From NCBI GenBank assembly GCA_036261625.1, contig DATAKL010000019.1:5185-69184 (forward strand): DNA of 64,000 nt. Direction: 5' to 3'. The stretch is from Ignavibacteriales bacterium. Lineage in GTDB: Bacteria; Bacteroidota; Ignavibacteria; Ignavibacteriales; SURF-24. A model generated the notes under the pieces. The model ran no database searches. It had not been told where the DNA came from and saw only the letters and a program-made list of their open reading frames with translations. This document shows positions 43,238-52,824 of this stretch, piece after piece. Made by a program: the position numbers and the translations under genes. How positions within the stretch are numbered: position 1 is the first letter of the stretch; each line of letters starts with the position of its first letter.

Positions 43238-43981
43238 TTTTCTCTCCACAAAAAAAGTGACCAAAGTAATTGTTTGTTAATTCAATTAATGCCAATGACC
43301 TGGAAAAGAGGAGAGAAAAGTCTTAGAATACGTTTTCAAAGCGGGAAACAAAATAGCTGCGCAGCTGTCTGAAGCCGGTATGCTCAAAAAAATCTTTGTA
43401 TTTTGTTTTCATGGGCCAAAGGGTTAAATTATAAAATATCTGAAATTAAAGTTATAAATTTTATTTTGCATTTCCAATCATATTCGGCGGAATAACCTGA
43501 GGAGGCAAAGCCATGGAAAAGGTCCATAAAAGAAGGGACTATTGAAATTATATGCAGGAAAATGAAACTCTCTTGCCCTATGAGTTGTTGAATAAATATA
43601 GAAAATGTGTTAAATTTTATTATGGATGGTGTATTTCGCTGAAGTCAATTGTAGTGGCAGGTAAGGAAATGCGTAGAGCCCGAGTCTTTTTTAATTTCAA
43701 TTCATCTGATACTGCGTCCTTAAAAATTATTATTTTATCTATTGCTAATTCGGAAAACCTTAACTAATTTTACACCATAAAATTCCGTTGGAACAGATGC
43801 AGGCATTACTGTGTCTGTTGTTGTTTTATAAAAAAGTGGGTTTGCTTGTCCAGTGATATACGGCCAAAAAAGTTAGCACAAAAATTTGTTAGCAAAAAAC
43901 AGTCGCTTCAGGATAAAGAAATTCAAAAAATCAAGAACAATTAATCAATAAACAACTAATTCTTTAAATTAGGAGAAAGAC

Positions 43982-44785
43982 GTGAAATCTTCGAAAGTTA
44001 AATCTGCCTTTTCAGGTTTTGCAGGTATTGTAATACCTCTTTTAATTATCATTGCAATTCTCATCTATGCATTTGTTTTAGGCAACCCTGAAAACTTCCA
44101 GGGAAACAATCCAGCCAACCATCCGAAGCCGGGCAACTATCTTGGAGTCGTTTACAAGGGCGGTATCATTGTGCCTATACTTATGTCACTTTTAATGATG
44201 GTTCTTACATTCGGTATTGAAAGACTTATCACCATTACCCGCGCTAAAGGCAAGGGAAAGGTAAACCAGTTCGTTGCAAAAGTTCATACAAAGCTTGCTC
44301 AGGAAGACCTGGACACAGCCATTGCTGAATGCGACAAGCAGAGAGGTTCAGTTGCCAATGTTATTAAAGCCGGTATTCTTAAATACAAGGAAATGATTCC
44401 TGAGAAGGGATTAAACAGAGATCAGAAAGTTCTGGCAATCAAACAGGAAATTGAAGAAGCCACTTCACTTGAACTGCCGATGCTCGAGCAGAACCTGGTT
44501 ATCGTTGCTACAATCGCATCAATTGCAACTCTTATGGGTCTGTTAGGAACAGTGCTTGGTATGATCAAGGCATTTGCCGCTCTGGCTACAGCCGGTGCTC
44601 CTGATGCAGTTGCTCTTGCAAACGGTATTTCTGAAGCTCTTATCAATACAGCTTTAGGTATCGGTACCTCTGCTATTGCTATTATTTCCTATAACTATTT
44701 TACTACAAAGATCGATAAGCTTACATACTCAATTGATGAAGCTGGTGTAGCTATCGTTCAGAACTTTGCAGCTCATCATAATTAA
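43982..44785 (+). CDS. exbB: MotA/TolQ/ExbB proton-channel protein
   Basis: The GTG start is preceded by AGGAGAAAGAC. There are three TM helices, and the signature is ATLMGLLGTVLGMIKAFAAL...ISEALINTALGI. Confidence 0.9.
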   Translation: MKSSKVKSAFSGFAGIVIPLLIIIAILIYAFVLGNPENFQGNNPANHPKPGNYLGVVYKGGIIVPILMSLLMMVLTFGIERLITITRAKGKGKVNQFVAKVHTKLAQEDLDTAIAECDKQRGSVANVIKAGILKYKEMIPEKGLNRDQKVLAIKQEIEEATSLELPMLEQNLVIVATIASIATLMGLLGTVLGMIKAFAALATAGAPDAVALANGISEALINTALGIGTSAIAIISYNYFTTKIDKLTYSIDEAGVAIVQNFAAHHN

Positions 44786-44820
44786 TGGATTTTTAAATAT
44801 TTTTAGTATAATATAAGAAT

Positions 44821-45453
44821 ATGCCAAAAGTAAAAGTACCCCGTAAAAGCACACTAATCGACATGACGGCTATGACCGACGTTGCGTTTCTTTTGTTGAC
44901 ATTTTTTATGTTGACGACGCAATTCAAGAGTGATGATTCGGTTGTTGTTGCTCTTCCGTCATCAATTTCGGACATTAAGCTGCCTGATACGGATATAATG
45001 AACATCACGGTGACAAAAGACGGCAGGGTATTTTTCGGTATTGATAACAAGAACTTTTCAAGAGAAAGGCTCCTGGATAAAATATCCGCGAAATACAACA
45101 TTCAGTTTACACCGCAGGAGCAGAAGGCTTTCTATCTGACTTCAAGCTTCGGAATCCCAATCAATGCCTTAAAGGGATGGCTGGGACTCGAAGAAGTAGA
45201 AAGAAAGAGCTTCAAGCAGCCTGGCATACCGATCGATTCGACAAACAACGAACTCGGTGTATGGATTATGCAGGCCCGTCTTTCGAACCCGGGACTCAGA
45301 ATAGCAATTAATGGTGACGGAAATGTTGCTTATCCTGTAATAAAGAAAGTAATGGCTACTCTTCAGGATAAGAACGTTAACAAATTCAATCTGATCACGA
45401 ATTTGGAAGCAAATCCGAATACAAAGTACAAGAAACCAGAAGAAAAAAAATAG
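44821..45453 (+). CDS. exbD: ExbD/TolR biopolymer transport protein
   Basis: It has the N-terminal anchor MTAMTDVAFLLLTFFMLTTQF and a periplasmic ExbD fold (IAINGDGNVAYPVIKKVMATLQ). Confidence 0.88.
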   Translation: MPKVKVPRKSTLIDMTAMTDVAFLLLTFFMLTTQFKSDDSVVVALPSSISDIKLPDTDIMNITVTKDGRVFFGIDNKNFSRERLLDKISAKYNIQFTPQEQKAFYLTSSFGIPINALKGWLGLEEVERKSFKQPGIPIDSTNNELGVWIMQARLSNPGLRIAINGDGNVAYPVIKKVMATLQDKNVNKFNLITNLEANPNTKYKKPEEKK

Positions 45454-45468
45454 AGGAAATTTTAAAAA

Positions 45469-45993
45469 ATGGCTGAATTAGATACCTCGAAAGGTGGAGG
45501 ACACGGCAAGGGTAAAAAGAAAAGAGGTAAAAAGATGTCAACTAGGATTGATTTTACTCCTATGGTTGACCTTGGATTCCTTTTAGTTACCTTTTTTATG
45601 TTGACTACCACCTTCAGCAAGCCACAGACCATGGAGATAAATCTGCCGGTTAAGCCGAAAGCTGAAGATAAAGCTGACCAGCAGCCTTCAGTTAAGGCTT
45701 CCAAGACTATGACCGTTATTCTTGGCGAGAACAACAAGGTCTTCTGGTACATGGGCCTGCCAACTGATGATCCGGATGTCAAGCTGACCAGCTTTTCAGA
45801 AACTGGTATCAGAAAGGACCTCCTCGACCAGGACAAGATGATCAAGGATATGGTAGTATTGATTAAACCGACTGACAAGTCGACATATAAAAATGTGGTT
45901 GATATACTGGATGAAATGAATATATGTAATATTAAGCGTTTTGCGCTGGTTGACGTTGATCCGAAGGATCTGGATTTAATTAAGAATAAATAA
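45469..45993 (+). CDS. exbD: ExbD/TolR biopolymer transport protein (second copy, Lys-rich N-terminus)
   Basis: It carries FTPMVDLGFLLVTFFMLTTTF and VVLIKPTDKSTYKNVVDILDEM. Confidence 0.88.
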   Translation: MAELDTSKGGGHGKGKKKRGKKMSTRIDFTPMVDLGFLLVTFFMLTTTFSKPQTMEINLPVKPKAEDKADQQPSVKASKTMTVILGENNKVFWYMGLPTDDPDVKLTSFSETGIRKDLLDQDKMIKDMVVLIKPTDKSTYKNVVDILDEMNICNIKRFALVDVDPKDLDLIKNK

Positions 45994-46017
45994 TAACTTT
46001 AAGCGGCAAAAATAATT

Positions 46018-46836
46018 ATGAGTAATCATCAAATATCGTATAACATAGACCTTAATGAAATTATCTTCGAAGGTAAAAATAAGGAATATGGTGCTTACGT
46101 ACTGAGAAAGAAATATCATCAGTTCTTGTTCCGCGCCTTTTTGATTGCCGTAATATTCTTCATCTTAAGTGTTTCATCCCCGCTGATCATCAGCTTTGTT
46201 ACACCCAAGGAAGATATGAAGGTTAACAGAAAGAAGGTCGTTACCATAACTGACCTGGCTCCTCCTCCCTCAATTGATGAGAAGAAGGTTGTCGAGCAGG
46301 TTGAAGCTCCGCCTCCGCTGAAATCTACCATCAAGTTCCTGCCGCCGGTTGTAAAGCCTGACGATCAGGTAACTGATGAATACGTTCCTACGGTTGAAGA
46401 ACTCCACAACGTGGATCCAGGCGCTTCGACACAGCAGGGTCAGGAAGGCGGCGTGGACTACAGCCTTATTGAAGTTCAGGATGCCCCTAAGGAAGATATA
46501 GTAAAAGAAGCTCCAAAGGAAGAAGCTTTTACTTTCGTGGAGGAAATGCCCTCTTATCCTGAAGGTCAGGATGAACTCTTAAGATTTATCAGCTCTAACG
46601 TTGTTTATCCTGAAATCGCAAAGCGTGCCCAGGTTGAAGGCAAGGTAATGGTCGGCTTCGTTGTTGAAAAAGACGGATCTATTACCGACGTAAGAGTTGT
46701 TAAGGGTATAGGCGCCGGATGCGACGAGGAAGCTGTCAGAGTTACCAAGCTGATGGGTAAATGGAGACCTGGAAAGCAGAATGGTAAACCTGTCAGGGTC
46801 CGTATGGTAATTCCGTTCCAGTTTAAGTTACAGTAA
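46018..46836 (+). CDS. tonB: energy transducer TonB
   Basis: It has an N-terminal anchor, a Pro/Glu/Lys-rich linker (APPPSIDEKK, EAPPPLK, LPPVVKPDD) and a TonB_C fold (YPEIAKRAQVEGKVMVGFVVEKDGSITDVRVVKG...GKPVRVRMVIPFQFKL). Confidence 0.87.
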   Translation: MSNHQISYNIDLNEIIFEGKNKEYGAYVLRKKYHQFLFRAFLIAVIFFILSVSSPLIISFVTPKEDMKVNRKKVVTITDLAPPPSIDEKKVVEQVEAPPPLKSTIKFLPPVVKPDDQVTDEYVPTVEELHNVDPGASTQQGQEGGVDYSLIEVQDAPKEDIVKEAPKEEAFTFVEEMPSYPEGQDELLRFISSNVVYPEIAKRAQVEGKVMVGFVVEKDGSITDVRVVKGIGAGCDEEAVRVTKLMGKWRPGKQNGKPVRVRMVIPFQFKLQ

Positions 46837-46870
46837 TATACCTGAAAAGAGTTAATTACTTAAAGATAAG

Positions 46871-47110
46871 ATGCGGAAAAGTGATGCCTTTGTAAATAAG
46901 TTAAACCTTTTTATAGGCATCACTATGGTTTTAGTTTATATTGCAGCCGGTTTGTTAGTGCTTTTTGCAAAGTTCATACAACTTAGATTGCAGGATAATT
47001 ACCGTATAATATTGGGCGTTGCTATTTTAGTGTATGGTGCTTACAGACTCTACAGAGTCTTTAAGAAATATAACGAGCAGAAGGAATCCGAGGAAAATGA
47101 GGATATTTAA
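46871..47110 (+). CDS. hypothetical small two-TM membrane protein (79 aa)
   Basis: It has two hydrophobic helices and an acidic tail. Its stop overlaps the preferred start of the next gene by 14 nt. It sits inside the TonB cluster. Confidence 0.45.
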   Translation: MRKSDAFVNKLNLFIGITMVLVYIAAGLLVLFAKFIQLRLQDNYRIILGVAILVYGAYRLYRVFKKYNEQKESEENEDI

Positions 47111-48050
47111 GCTAACAATACCGGTAATCTTTATATTATCATTTTTATTCGGTTGCAGGAGTGAAAACCCGAAAGAGACTGACACTCCTACAACCGGTGA
47201 AATTACAATCAGCGTAGACGAGACTTTCAAGCCCGTCATAGATTCTGAAATTGAAACTTTCGAGAAGATCTATCAGTACGCAAAAATTAACGTCAACTAC
47301 AGGCCCGAAGCCGAAGTGATGGCCGATTTGCTTTCCGACAGTGCACGCCTGGTTATCCTTACCCGCAAGTTTACAAAAGAGGAAAACAGCTACTTCGAAA
47401 AACGTGAGATCGTTCCTTTTGTAAGGAAGATCACCTACGATGCTATTGCTGTTATTGTGAACAATGCGAATACGGATACGAATTGGACTATGCAGCAGTT
47501 CCGCGACATAATGTCGGGCAAAATCTCACGCTGGAGCGCCTTAGGGGGAAGGTCCCCTTTGTCTGATATTCAGATTGTCTTCGATAATCAGAATTCAGGC
47601 ACTGTCAGGTACGTTAAGGAAAAAATCAATAATTCGCCGCTTGCTAAAAATACATATGCCGTTAAGGATAACCCTTCGGTAATTGACTATGTATCTAAGA
47701 ACCGCAACGCCGTCGGTATAATCGGCGTTAATTGGATCAGCAACAGAGAGGATACACTTACACACGGTTTTCTTAAGAAAATCAAAGTTGTTGCGCTGGC
47801 TTCCGATACGGCTCAGGCAGGCGAATTCTATCAGCCATACCAGGCTTATATCGCTCAGAGGGTCTACCCCCTATGGAGAGAGGTCTATGTCTTAAGCGGT
47901 GAGGCAAGGGCAGGGCTTGGTACCGGTTTTATTTCTTTTCTGGCCAGTGACCGCGGACAGAGAATTTTCCTGAGGGCAGGACTTGTGCCTGCAACCATGC
48001 CTGTAAGACTGGTTGAAATTAGAAGTGAAAATTTCAAAATAACTAAATAA
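47097..48050 (+). CDS. PstS-family (PBP-like) substrate-binding lipoprotein, no cognate permease genes adjacent
   Basis: The ATG at 47097 gives a lipoprotein signal (MRIFKLTIPVIFILSFLFG-C). PBP_like_2-type blocks are ITISVDETFKPVID, YDAIAVIVNNAN, MSGKISRWSALGG and FDNQNSGTVRYV. Confidence 0.78.
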   Translation: MRIFKLTIPVIFILSFLFGCRSENPKETDTPTTGEITISVDETFKPVIDSEIETFEKIYQYAKINVNYRPEAEVMADLLSDSARLVILTRKFTKEENSYFEKREIVPFVRKITYDAIAVIVNNANTDTNWTMQQFRDIMSGKISRWSALGGRSPLSDIQIVFDNQNSGTVRYVKEKINNSPLAKNTYAVKDNPSVIDYVSKNRNAVGIIGVNWISNREDTLTHGFLKKIKVVALASDTAQAGEFYQPYQAYIAQRVYPLWREVYVLSGEARAGLGTGFISFLASDRGQRIFLRAGLVPATMPVRLVEIRSENFKITK

Positions 48051-48060
48051 TATAGAACAA

Positions 48061-49674
48061 ATGAAAAGACTCAACAACTTATCACTATTGGATTCCGTTA
48101 AACTAATATTTATAACACTTCTGGCTTTTACAGCTCTCAATGCTCAGGACCTCAATCAGGGCATAAGGCTTATCAAAGTGGGAAAATATACCGAAGCCAG
48201 AAACTTCTTCGACAACCTGGTTAAGACTAACCCCAAGAACGCCGATGCCTACTACTGGCTTGGTAAGCTTGATGCTAAAGAGGGTAAAGTTGACCAGGCA
48301 CAGGCCGAATTCCAGAAAGGCATTGAGGCCAATAAGGACAACGCTCTTAATTTTGTCGGTCTCGGGCAGGTTCAGCTCATTAAGAACGACTCTACTGCAG
48401 CCATTAAGCAGTTTGATGAGGCTCTTGATATGACTGACTCGAAGGATGCCAACGTTATGATTGCAATTGCGGATGCTTACCTCGGCTCCGATGCAAAAAA
48501 CTTCGGCAGGCCAATTCAGCTTTTGTCGAAGGCTAAAACTGTTTCTAAAAGAAACCCCCGCATTTTTGAACGCCTCGGAGACATTTACCTGAGGCTCGTA
48601 AACGGAAGCATGGCAATTCAGAACTACCAGACAGCCATCGACTATGATTCGGCAAACGTCGAGTCATATATCGGAATAGGCCAGATCTATTCTAAAATCA
48701 GAAATTACAATGATGCAGAGGCTAATTTCAAAAAGGCCATTACTGTTGACTCCACATACTCTCCGGCATACAGGGAATTCGGCGAGTATTATTATGCACG
48801 CAAGGAATACATGAAAGCTGCTGAAATGTACAAGAAGTACCTCGATTACTCTGATGTTACAAAAGACAAGCTCGTACGCTATGCCACAATGCTCTATCTT
48901 GCAAAGGATTATAACACGGCTATTGCTGTTATCAACCAGGTGTCTGAAAAAGGGGGAACTCCCGACGCACAGCTTCAGCACGTGCTGGCTTACTCCTTAT
49001 TCTCAATTGATGATGCGCAGAGAGGTATCCCTGCATTTGAAAAGTATTTCCAGATGACAGATCCCAAGGAAATAACGTCTACAGATTACGACTATCTTGG
49101 CAAACTTGAGGCCAAAGCCGGAAATGACTCGCTTGCAATTGAAAACTATAAGAAGGCCTTGGCTCTGGATTCAACAAGAATCGATCTGCACGGCGACATT
49201 GCGAACCTCTACTTCAAGGATAAAAAATGGGATGATGCTGCAAAGCAGTATGAACTTAAGGAAAAGTCTACAGGAAAGCCTCTCAGTGTACTTGAATACT
49301 TTAACCTCGGGCAGGCTTATTATAAAATGAGCGATTTTAAGATGGCTGATACCACTTATGCTAAAATGATTCAGATTAGCCCCGACCAGCCGATAGCTTA
49401 TTACTACAGAGCTCTCAGCAACGCACAGCTGGATCCTGAATCGGAGCAGGGACTTGCAAAGCCTTATTATGAAAAGTTCATTGAACTAGTTACAAGCAAG
49501 GGGCCCGATCAGATAGCTAAATTCAAGAACCACCTTATTGAAGCTTATTCATATCTTGGTTATTTCTATTACCTGAAAAAGGACAATGCTGCTTCACGCG
49601 CGAACTGGGTTAAGGTACAGGAACTCGATCCTGAAAACAAGCAGGCACTTGAGGCTCTTAAGGTATTGAAGTAA
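48061..49674 (+). CDS. tetratricopeptide-repeat protein
   Basis: A signal peptide is followed by many 34-aa TPR units (AYYWLGKLDAKEGKVDQAQAEFQKGIEANKDN, SYIGIGQIYSKIRNYNDAEANFKKAITVDSTY, and others). Confidence 0.85.
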   Translation: MKRLNNLSLLDSVKLIFITLLAFTALNAQDLNQGIRLIKVGKYTEARNFFDNLVKTNPKNADAYYWLGKLDAKEGKVDQAQAEFQKGIEANKDNALNFVGLGQVQLIKNDSTAAIKQFDEALDMTDSKDANVMIAIADAYLGSDAKNFGRPIQLLSKAKTVSKRNPRIFERLGDIYLRLVNGSMAIQNYQTAIDYDSANVESYIGIGQIYSKIRNYNDAEANFKKAITVDSTYSPAYREFGEYYYARKEYMKAAEMYKKYLDYSDVTKDKLVRYATMLYLAKDYNTAIAVINQVSEKGGTPDAQLQHVLAYSLFSIDDAQRGIPAFEKYFQMTDPKEITSTDYDYLGKLEAKAGNDSLAIENYKKALALDSTRIDLHGDIANLYFKDKKWDDAAKQYELKEKSTGKPLSVLEYFNLGQAYYKMSDFKMADTTYAKMIQISPDQPIAYYYRALSNAQLDPESEQGLAKPYYEKFIELVTSKGPDQIAKFKNHLIEAYSYLGYFYYLKKDNAASRANWVKVQELDPENKQALEALKVLK

Positions 49675-49696
49675 AATAAATTGATAATTGTTTTTG

Positions 49697-49735
49697 AAAA
49701 GGGAAGGCCCCAAAAAGGCTTTCCCTTTTTTGATT
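49697..49735 (+). terminator. rho-independent terminator after the TPR gene
   Basis: The stem aaaagggaaggcc / ggctttccctttt (one G-U pair) is followed by a T-run (49726-49735). Confidence 0.7.
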
Positions 49736-49863
49736 TTAATATAACCGCGTCAGCCTCTGGCGGGCGGTTTCATGTCTGTATAATTGTGTGACCGGCCTTC
49801 GCCCCTTTACGGGTAAGGGAAGCTAATGGCCTGTGAAATGGTGGAGTATACTTAAATTGTTTA

Positions 49864-49902
49864 TAAAATAAAAAGCCCTTCTCCCGTCGAAAAGAGAAGG
49901 GC
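49864..49902 (-). terminator. rho-independent terminator after the OmpA-family gene
   Basis: The stem gcccttctc / gagaagggc (49875-49883 / 49894-49902) is followed on the minus strand by TTTTTATTTT. Confidence 0.7.
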
Positions 49903-49920
49903 ATAAGATGAAAACCCGAA

Positions 49921-51282
49921 TTACAGCTTTATAAATTCAACCCTTCTGTTATTGGCTTTGCCTGAAGGGGTTGTGTTTTCCGAAACAGGTTCGCTTTCAC
50001 CCTTGCCGTCAGTTTCCATACGCGAGGCATCAATGCCGAATTCTGCGGTGAGTGCGTTTTTTACAGCAGATGAACGTTTCTTTGAGAGCTCCAGGTTCTG
50101 CTGGTCGCCTCCGTCGCTGTCTGTGTGCCCAATGATTTTAACCCTCAGGTCTGAATTTTCCTTCAATACGCCTGCAATTTCCTTTAAGGTGCCGTACGAC
50201 TCGGGCTTAATTTTATCGGAACCCGAGTCAAATGTAATTCCGCGCGTAACGAGTTTTCCTTCAGTTAAGAGCTTGTTCCGCATGTCGGGCGCGCCGACTG
50301 CAAAGCGTACGTTTGAGAAAAGGACCTGATATGCATCCGGTTTCTCGTCATCAAAGTACCAGAGCCCTATCTTAAATATGTCGTAAGGCGCAGGGGTGAT
50401 AAACTTCGGCAGGTCGTAGAGCTTTTTGTTGTCGATCCAGACCCTGTAGCGTTCTTTCTGGACAGAGATCGAAAGTCTTACTATCTTGCCTGCCTTTCCG
50501 CTGGTAATGTTGTCTTCCAGGCTTGACTGAACACCGGCGGGCTCACCCCAGTCGGTGTAGTTTTTAAGATCAAATCTCGAATCGCCCTCGCCGTAAATTA
50601 CGAAATCCAGGTTGCCGGAAGTCTTACCCGAACCTGAGTATTCATATGCGTGCTGGAGGTACTCTTTCTCGCCGCCCGAAGAAATGATGCAGAAGTTTAT
50701 GTTTCCCAGGTAATCCGTATTGCCGGGGACATCATAAACCATATCAAGTTCAATTGTGTAGTTTTCAGGAAAAGGCTTCGGGAAATCGGGCACATACAGG
50801 CTGCCGTTCTTGGCCTTGAGCCATTTGCCGGGATATTTGTTTATTGTTACAACCTCTCCCGTACCGTTTGTGTTCCATCTGGCGGGGAAGTCGCCCACGT
50901 TATCCTGCGAGAAGTCCTCGAAGAAAAGAACCTTTTCGCCGGGGACGAAGTCGTATTTCGAATAGCTCCTGAGGCTTAATTCGGATTTCTTAGGTTCATC
51001 GTCCTTTGCCGTTTTTTTCGGGCTGGTCTCTTCTTCAGGCTCTTCTGTCTGAGTGTTACTTTTCTTTGCCTTTACTTCCTCGTTTTCGTCACTGTTTTCT
51101 TCGGTAGCTTTCTTTTCAACCTCATCCAAACCCTTATCAATTGCTTCATCTGTTTTTTCTTCGGCCCTCTGTTCTACTTTATCCTTTATTTTACCCAGAA
51201 TGTCGAACTGCGAGAACGACTTTTCAGGCATAAAAAGGCACAGTATGAATGCCGCTGCTGAAAATGTAAGGAATGATTTCAC
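49921..51282 (-). CDS. OmpA-family (peptidoglycan-associated) envelope protein
   Basis: The C-terminal OmpA_C domain is VKIIGHTDSDGGDQQNLELSKKRSSAVKNAL...NNRRVEFIKL. The preferred start is the GTG at 51282, preceded by AAAAGGGG-tactaaa, which gives the signal peptide (M)KSFLTFSAAAFILCLFMPEKSFSQ. The listed ORF start at 51504 adds 74 unlikely residues. An acidic/lysine-rich low-complexity linker follows the signal peptide. Confidence 0.85.
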   Translation of the reverse strand: MKSFLTFSAAAFILCLFMPEKSFSQFDILGKIKDKVEQRAEEKTDEAIDKGLDEVEKKATEENSDENEEVKAKKSNTQTEEPEEETSPKKTAKDDEPKKSELSLRSYSKYDFVPGEKVLFFEDFSQDNVGDFPARWNTNGTGEVVTINKYPGKWLKAKNGSLYVPDFPKPFPENYTIELDMVYDVPGNTDYLGNINFCIISSGGEKEYLQHAYEYSGSGKTSGNLDFVIYGEGDSRFDLKNYTDWGEPAGVQSSLEDNITSGKAGKIVRLSISVQKERYRVWIDNKKLYDLPKFITPAPYDIFKIGLWYFDDEKPDAYQVLFSNVRFAVGAPDMRNKLLTEGKLVTRGITFDSGSDKIKPESYGTLKEIAGVLKENSDLRVKIIGHTDSDGGDQQNLELSKKRSSAVKNALTAEFGIDASRMETDGKGESEPVSENTTPSGKANNRRVEFIKL

Positions 51283-51680
51283 TTTAGTACCCCTTTTATG
51301 TATGATTGAGATAATTTCAGAGAGAAACAGCTTAAAAGAGCACGGCATAAAGTACAAAGTAAAAATGAAAAAGTAAAAAGGAAAAATAACCGTCTGCCCT
51401 GGGAGAATTCCCTCAAGAAAGAATAAGATTCTATTAAATAAATGCATTGAAAATAATATTGGTATAAAATATCTTTTAAACCTCAATAATTTAGGATTTG
51501 TCAAATAAGTCCAGAAGAAAAATACCCGGTCGAAACAGTGGAGATCTAGTCTTAAACTGCCGCACCATGAAATTATTTTCTCTAATGGGGCATTTAACTG
51601 TTAATATGGAAAACCAAGTCCCAAACGTCATAGAATTATAAGAGCCTTAGAACGGCTTTTAAGTAAATTAAGGAAAGGAA

Positions 51681-52763
51681 ATGAGCAAATCAGTTAAAAG
51701 AATTGTCATTGCAGCAACTGTAATTCTTATTGTTTTAATAATTGCGCTGCCGAAGTTAACCTCACTGAAGGGGGAGGCTAAGAGGCCCGGGCTGGTAGCG
51801 GGCAGAAAAGGCGGCGGCATGGGGGTCGCGGTCGAGGGTTTTGTTGTCAGACCGGGAAAGCTCAGCGACAGGATAGTATCTACGGGTACGGTTCTGGCAA
51901 ACGAGGAGGTCCAGCTTAAGAGCGAAGTATCCGGAAAGATTACGAAAATATTGTTTAAGGAAGGAAGTTTCGTCCGTAGAGGCACACTTCTGGTCAAGAT
52001 AAACGATGCGGACCTGCAGGCACAGCTTGCAAAGGCAAACTACAAGCTTCAGCTTGCAAAGGACAAGGAATACCGCCAGAAAATGATGCTTAAGAGGGAA
52101 GCCATCAGCCAGCAGGATTATGATGCCGCACTCAGTGAACTGCAGTCGGATGAGGCCGATATTCAGCTTCTGAAGGCACAGATAGATAAAACTGAAATCC
52201 GTGCTCCTTTCGACGGAACGGTGGGTCTCAAGGCCATAAGTGAGGGAAGTTTTATAAGTCCAAGTGACAGAATTGCCACACTTCAGAATTTGAATCCTGT
52301 AAAAATAGACTTTTCGATTCCCGAGAAGTACTACAGCACGGTAAAGACAGGGACGCAGATAAACTTCAGAATCCAGGGCTCCGATAAGGATTTCAGCGGG
52401 AAAATTTATGCCGTTGAACCTAAGATTGATCCCAGCTCCAGGTCGCTGCAGATAAGAGCAATCTGCCGCAACGATAAAGCGGAGATTTATCCGGGCGCAT
52501 TTGCCAATATTGAAATTGTTTTACGGGAGATTCCAGACGCACTCCTGGTTCCAACACAGTCGCTCGTGCCCGACTTAAAGGGGCAGAAGGTTTTTGTGGC
52601 CAGAGGGGGGCGGGCTCTTTCTGTACCTGTAAAGACCGGCATCAGGCAGGAGAAGACAATTCAGATAACCGGCGGCTTAAGCGTGGGGGACACGGTTATT
52701 ACGACTGGCCTTCTGCAGATAAGGCCCAATATGCCCGTCAGGATCTCAAGGGTTAATCAATAA
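51681..52763 (+). CDS. efflux RND transporter periplasmic adaptor (MFP)
   Basis: It has a membrane anchor, a lipoyl-like motif (VQLKSEVSGKITKILFKEGSFVRRGTLLVKIND), a coiled coil and TEIRAPFDGTVG. Confidence 0.9.
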   Translation: MSKSVKRIVIAATVILIVLIIALPKLTSLKGEAKRPGLVAGRKGGGMGVAVEGFVVRPGKLSDRIVSTGTVLANEEVQLKSEVSGKITKILFKEGSFVRRGTLLVKINDADLQAQLAKANYKLQLAKDKEYRQKMMLKREAISQQDYDAALSELQSDEADIQLLKAQIDKTEIRAPFDGTVGLKAISEGSFISPSDRIATLQNLNPVKIDFSIPEKYYSTVKTGTQINFRIQGSDKDFSGKIYAVEPKIDPSSRSLQIRAICRNDKAEIYPGAFANIEIVLREIPDALLVPTQSLVPDLKGQKVFVARGGRALSVPVKTGIRQEKTIQITGGLSVGDTVITTGLLQIRPNMPVRISRVNQ

Positions 52764-52824
52764 TATTTTTCAGGATTCCGCGCTTAAATAAGTGCGGAAT
52801 GAGCAATAAAAAAGTGAACAGCAA

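Noticed and set aside
43323-43412. A 29-aa minus-strand ORF (MKTKYKDFFEHTGFRQLRSYFVSRFENVF) upstream of lat.
   Set aside because: It is too short to support without conservation data and has no clear RBS.
43552-43767. A 71-aa plus-strand ORF in the long lat-exbB intergenic region.
   Set aside because: It has no RBS and an AT-rich codon composition unlike neighbouring genes, with no motif. It is kept only as part of the intergenic-region finding.
51283-51504. An N-terminal 74-aa extension of the OmpA-family ORF. Similar extensions occur at 22250-22351, 29218-29286, 41787-41855, 43238-43264, 47034-47096 and 9476-9517.
   Set aside because: Internal starts with a better RBS give canonical signal peptides or family-typical N-termini. 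The extensions are hydrophobic junk or overlap upstream genes.
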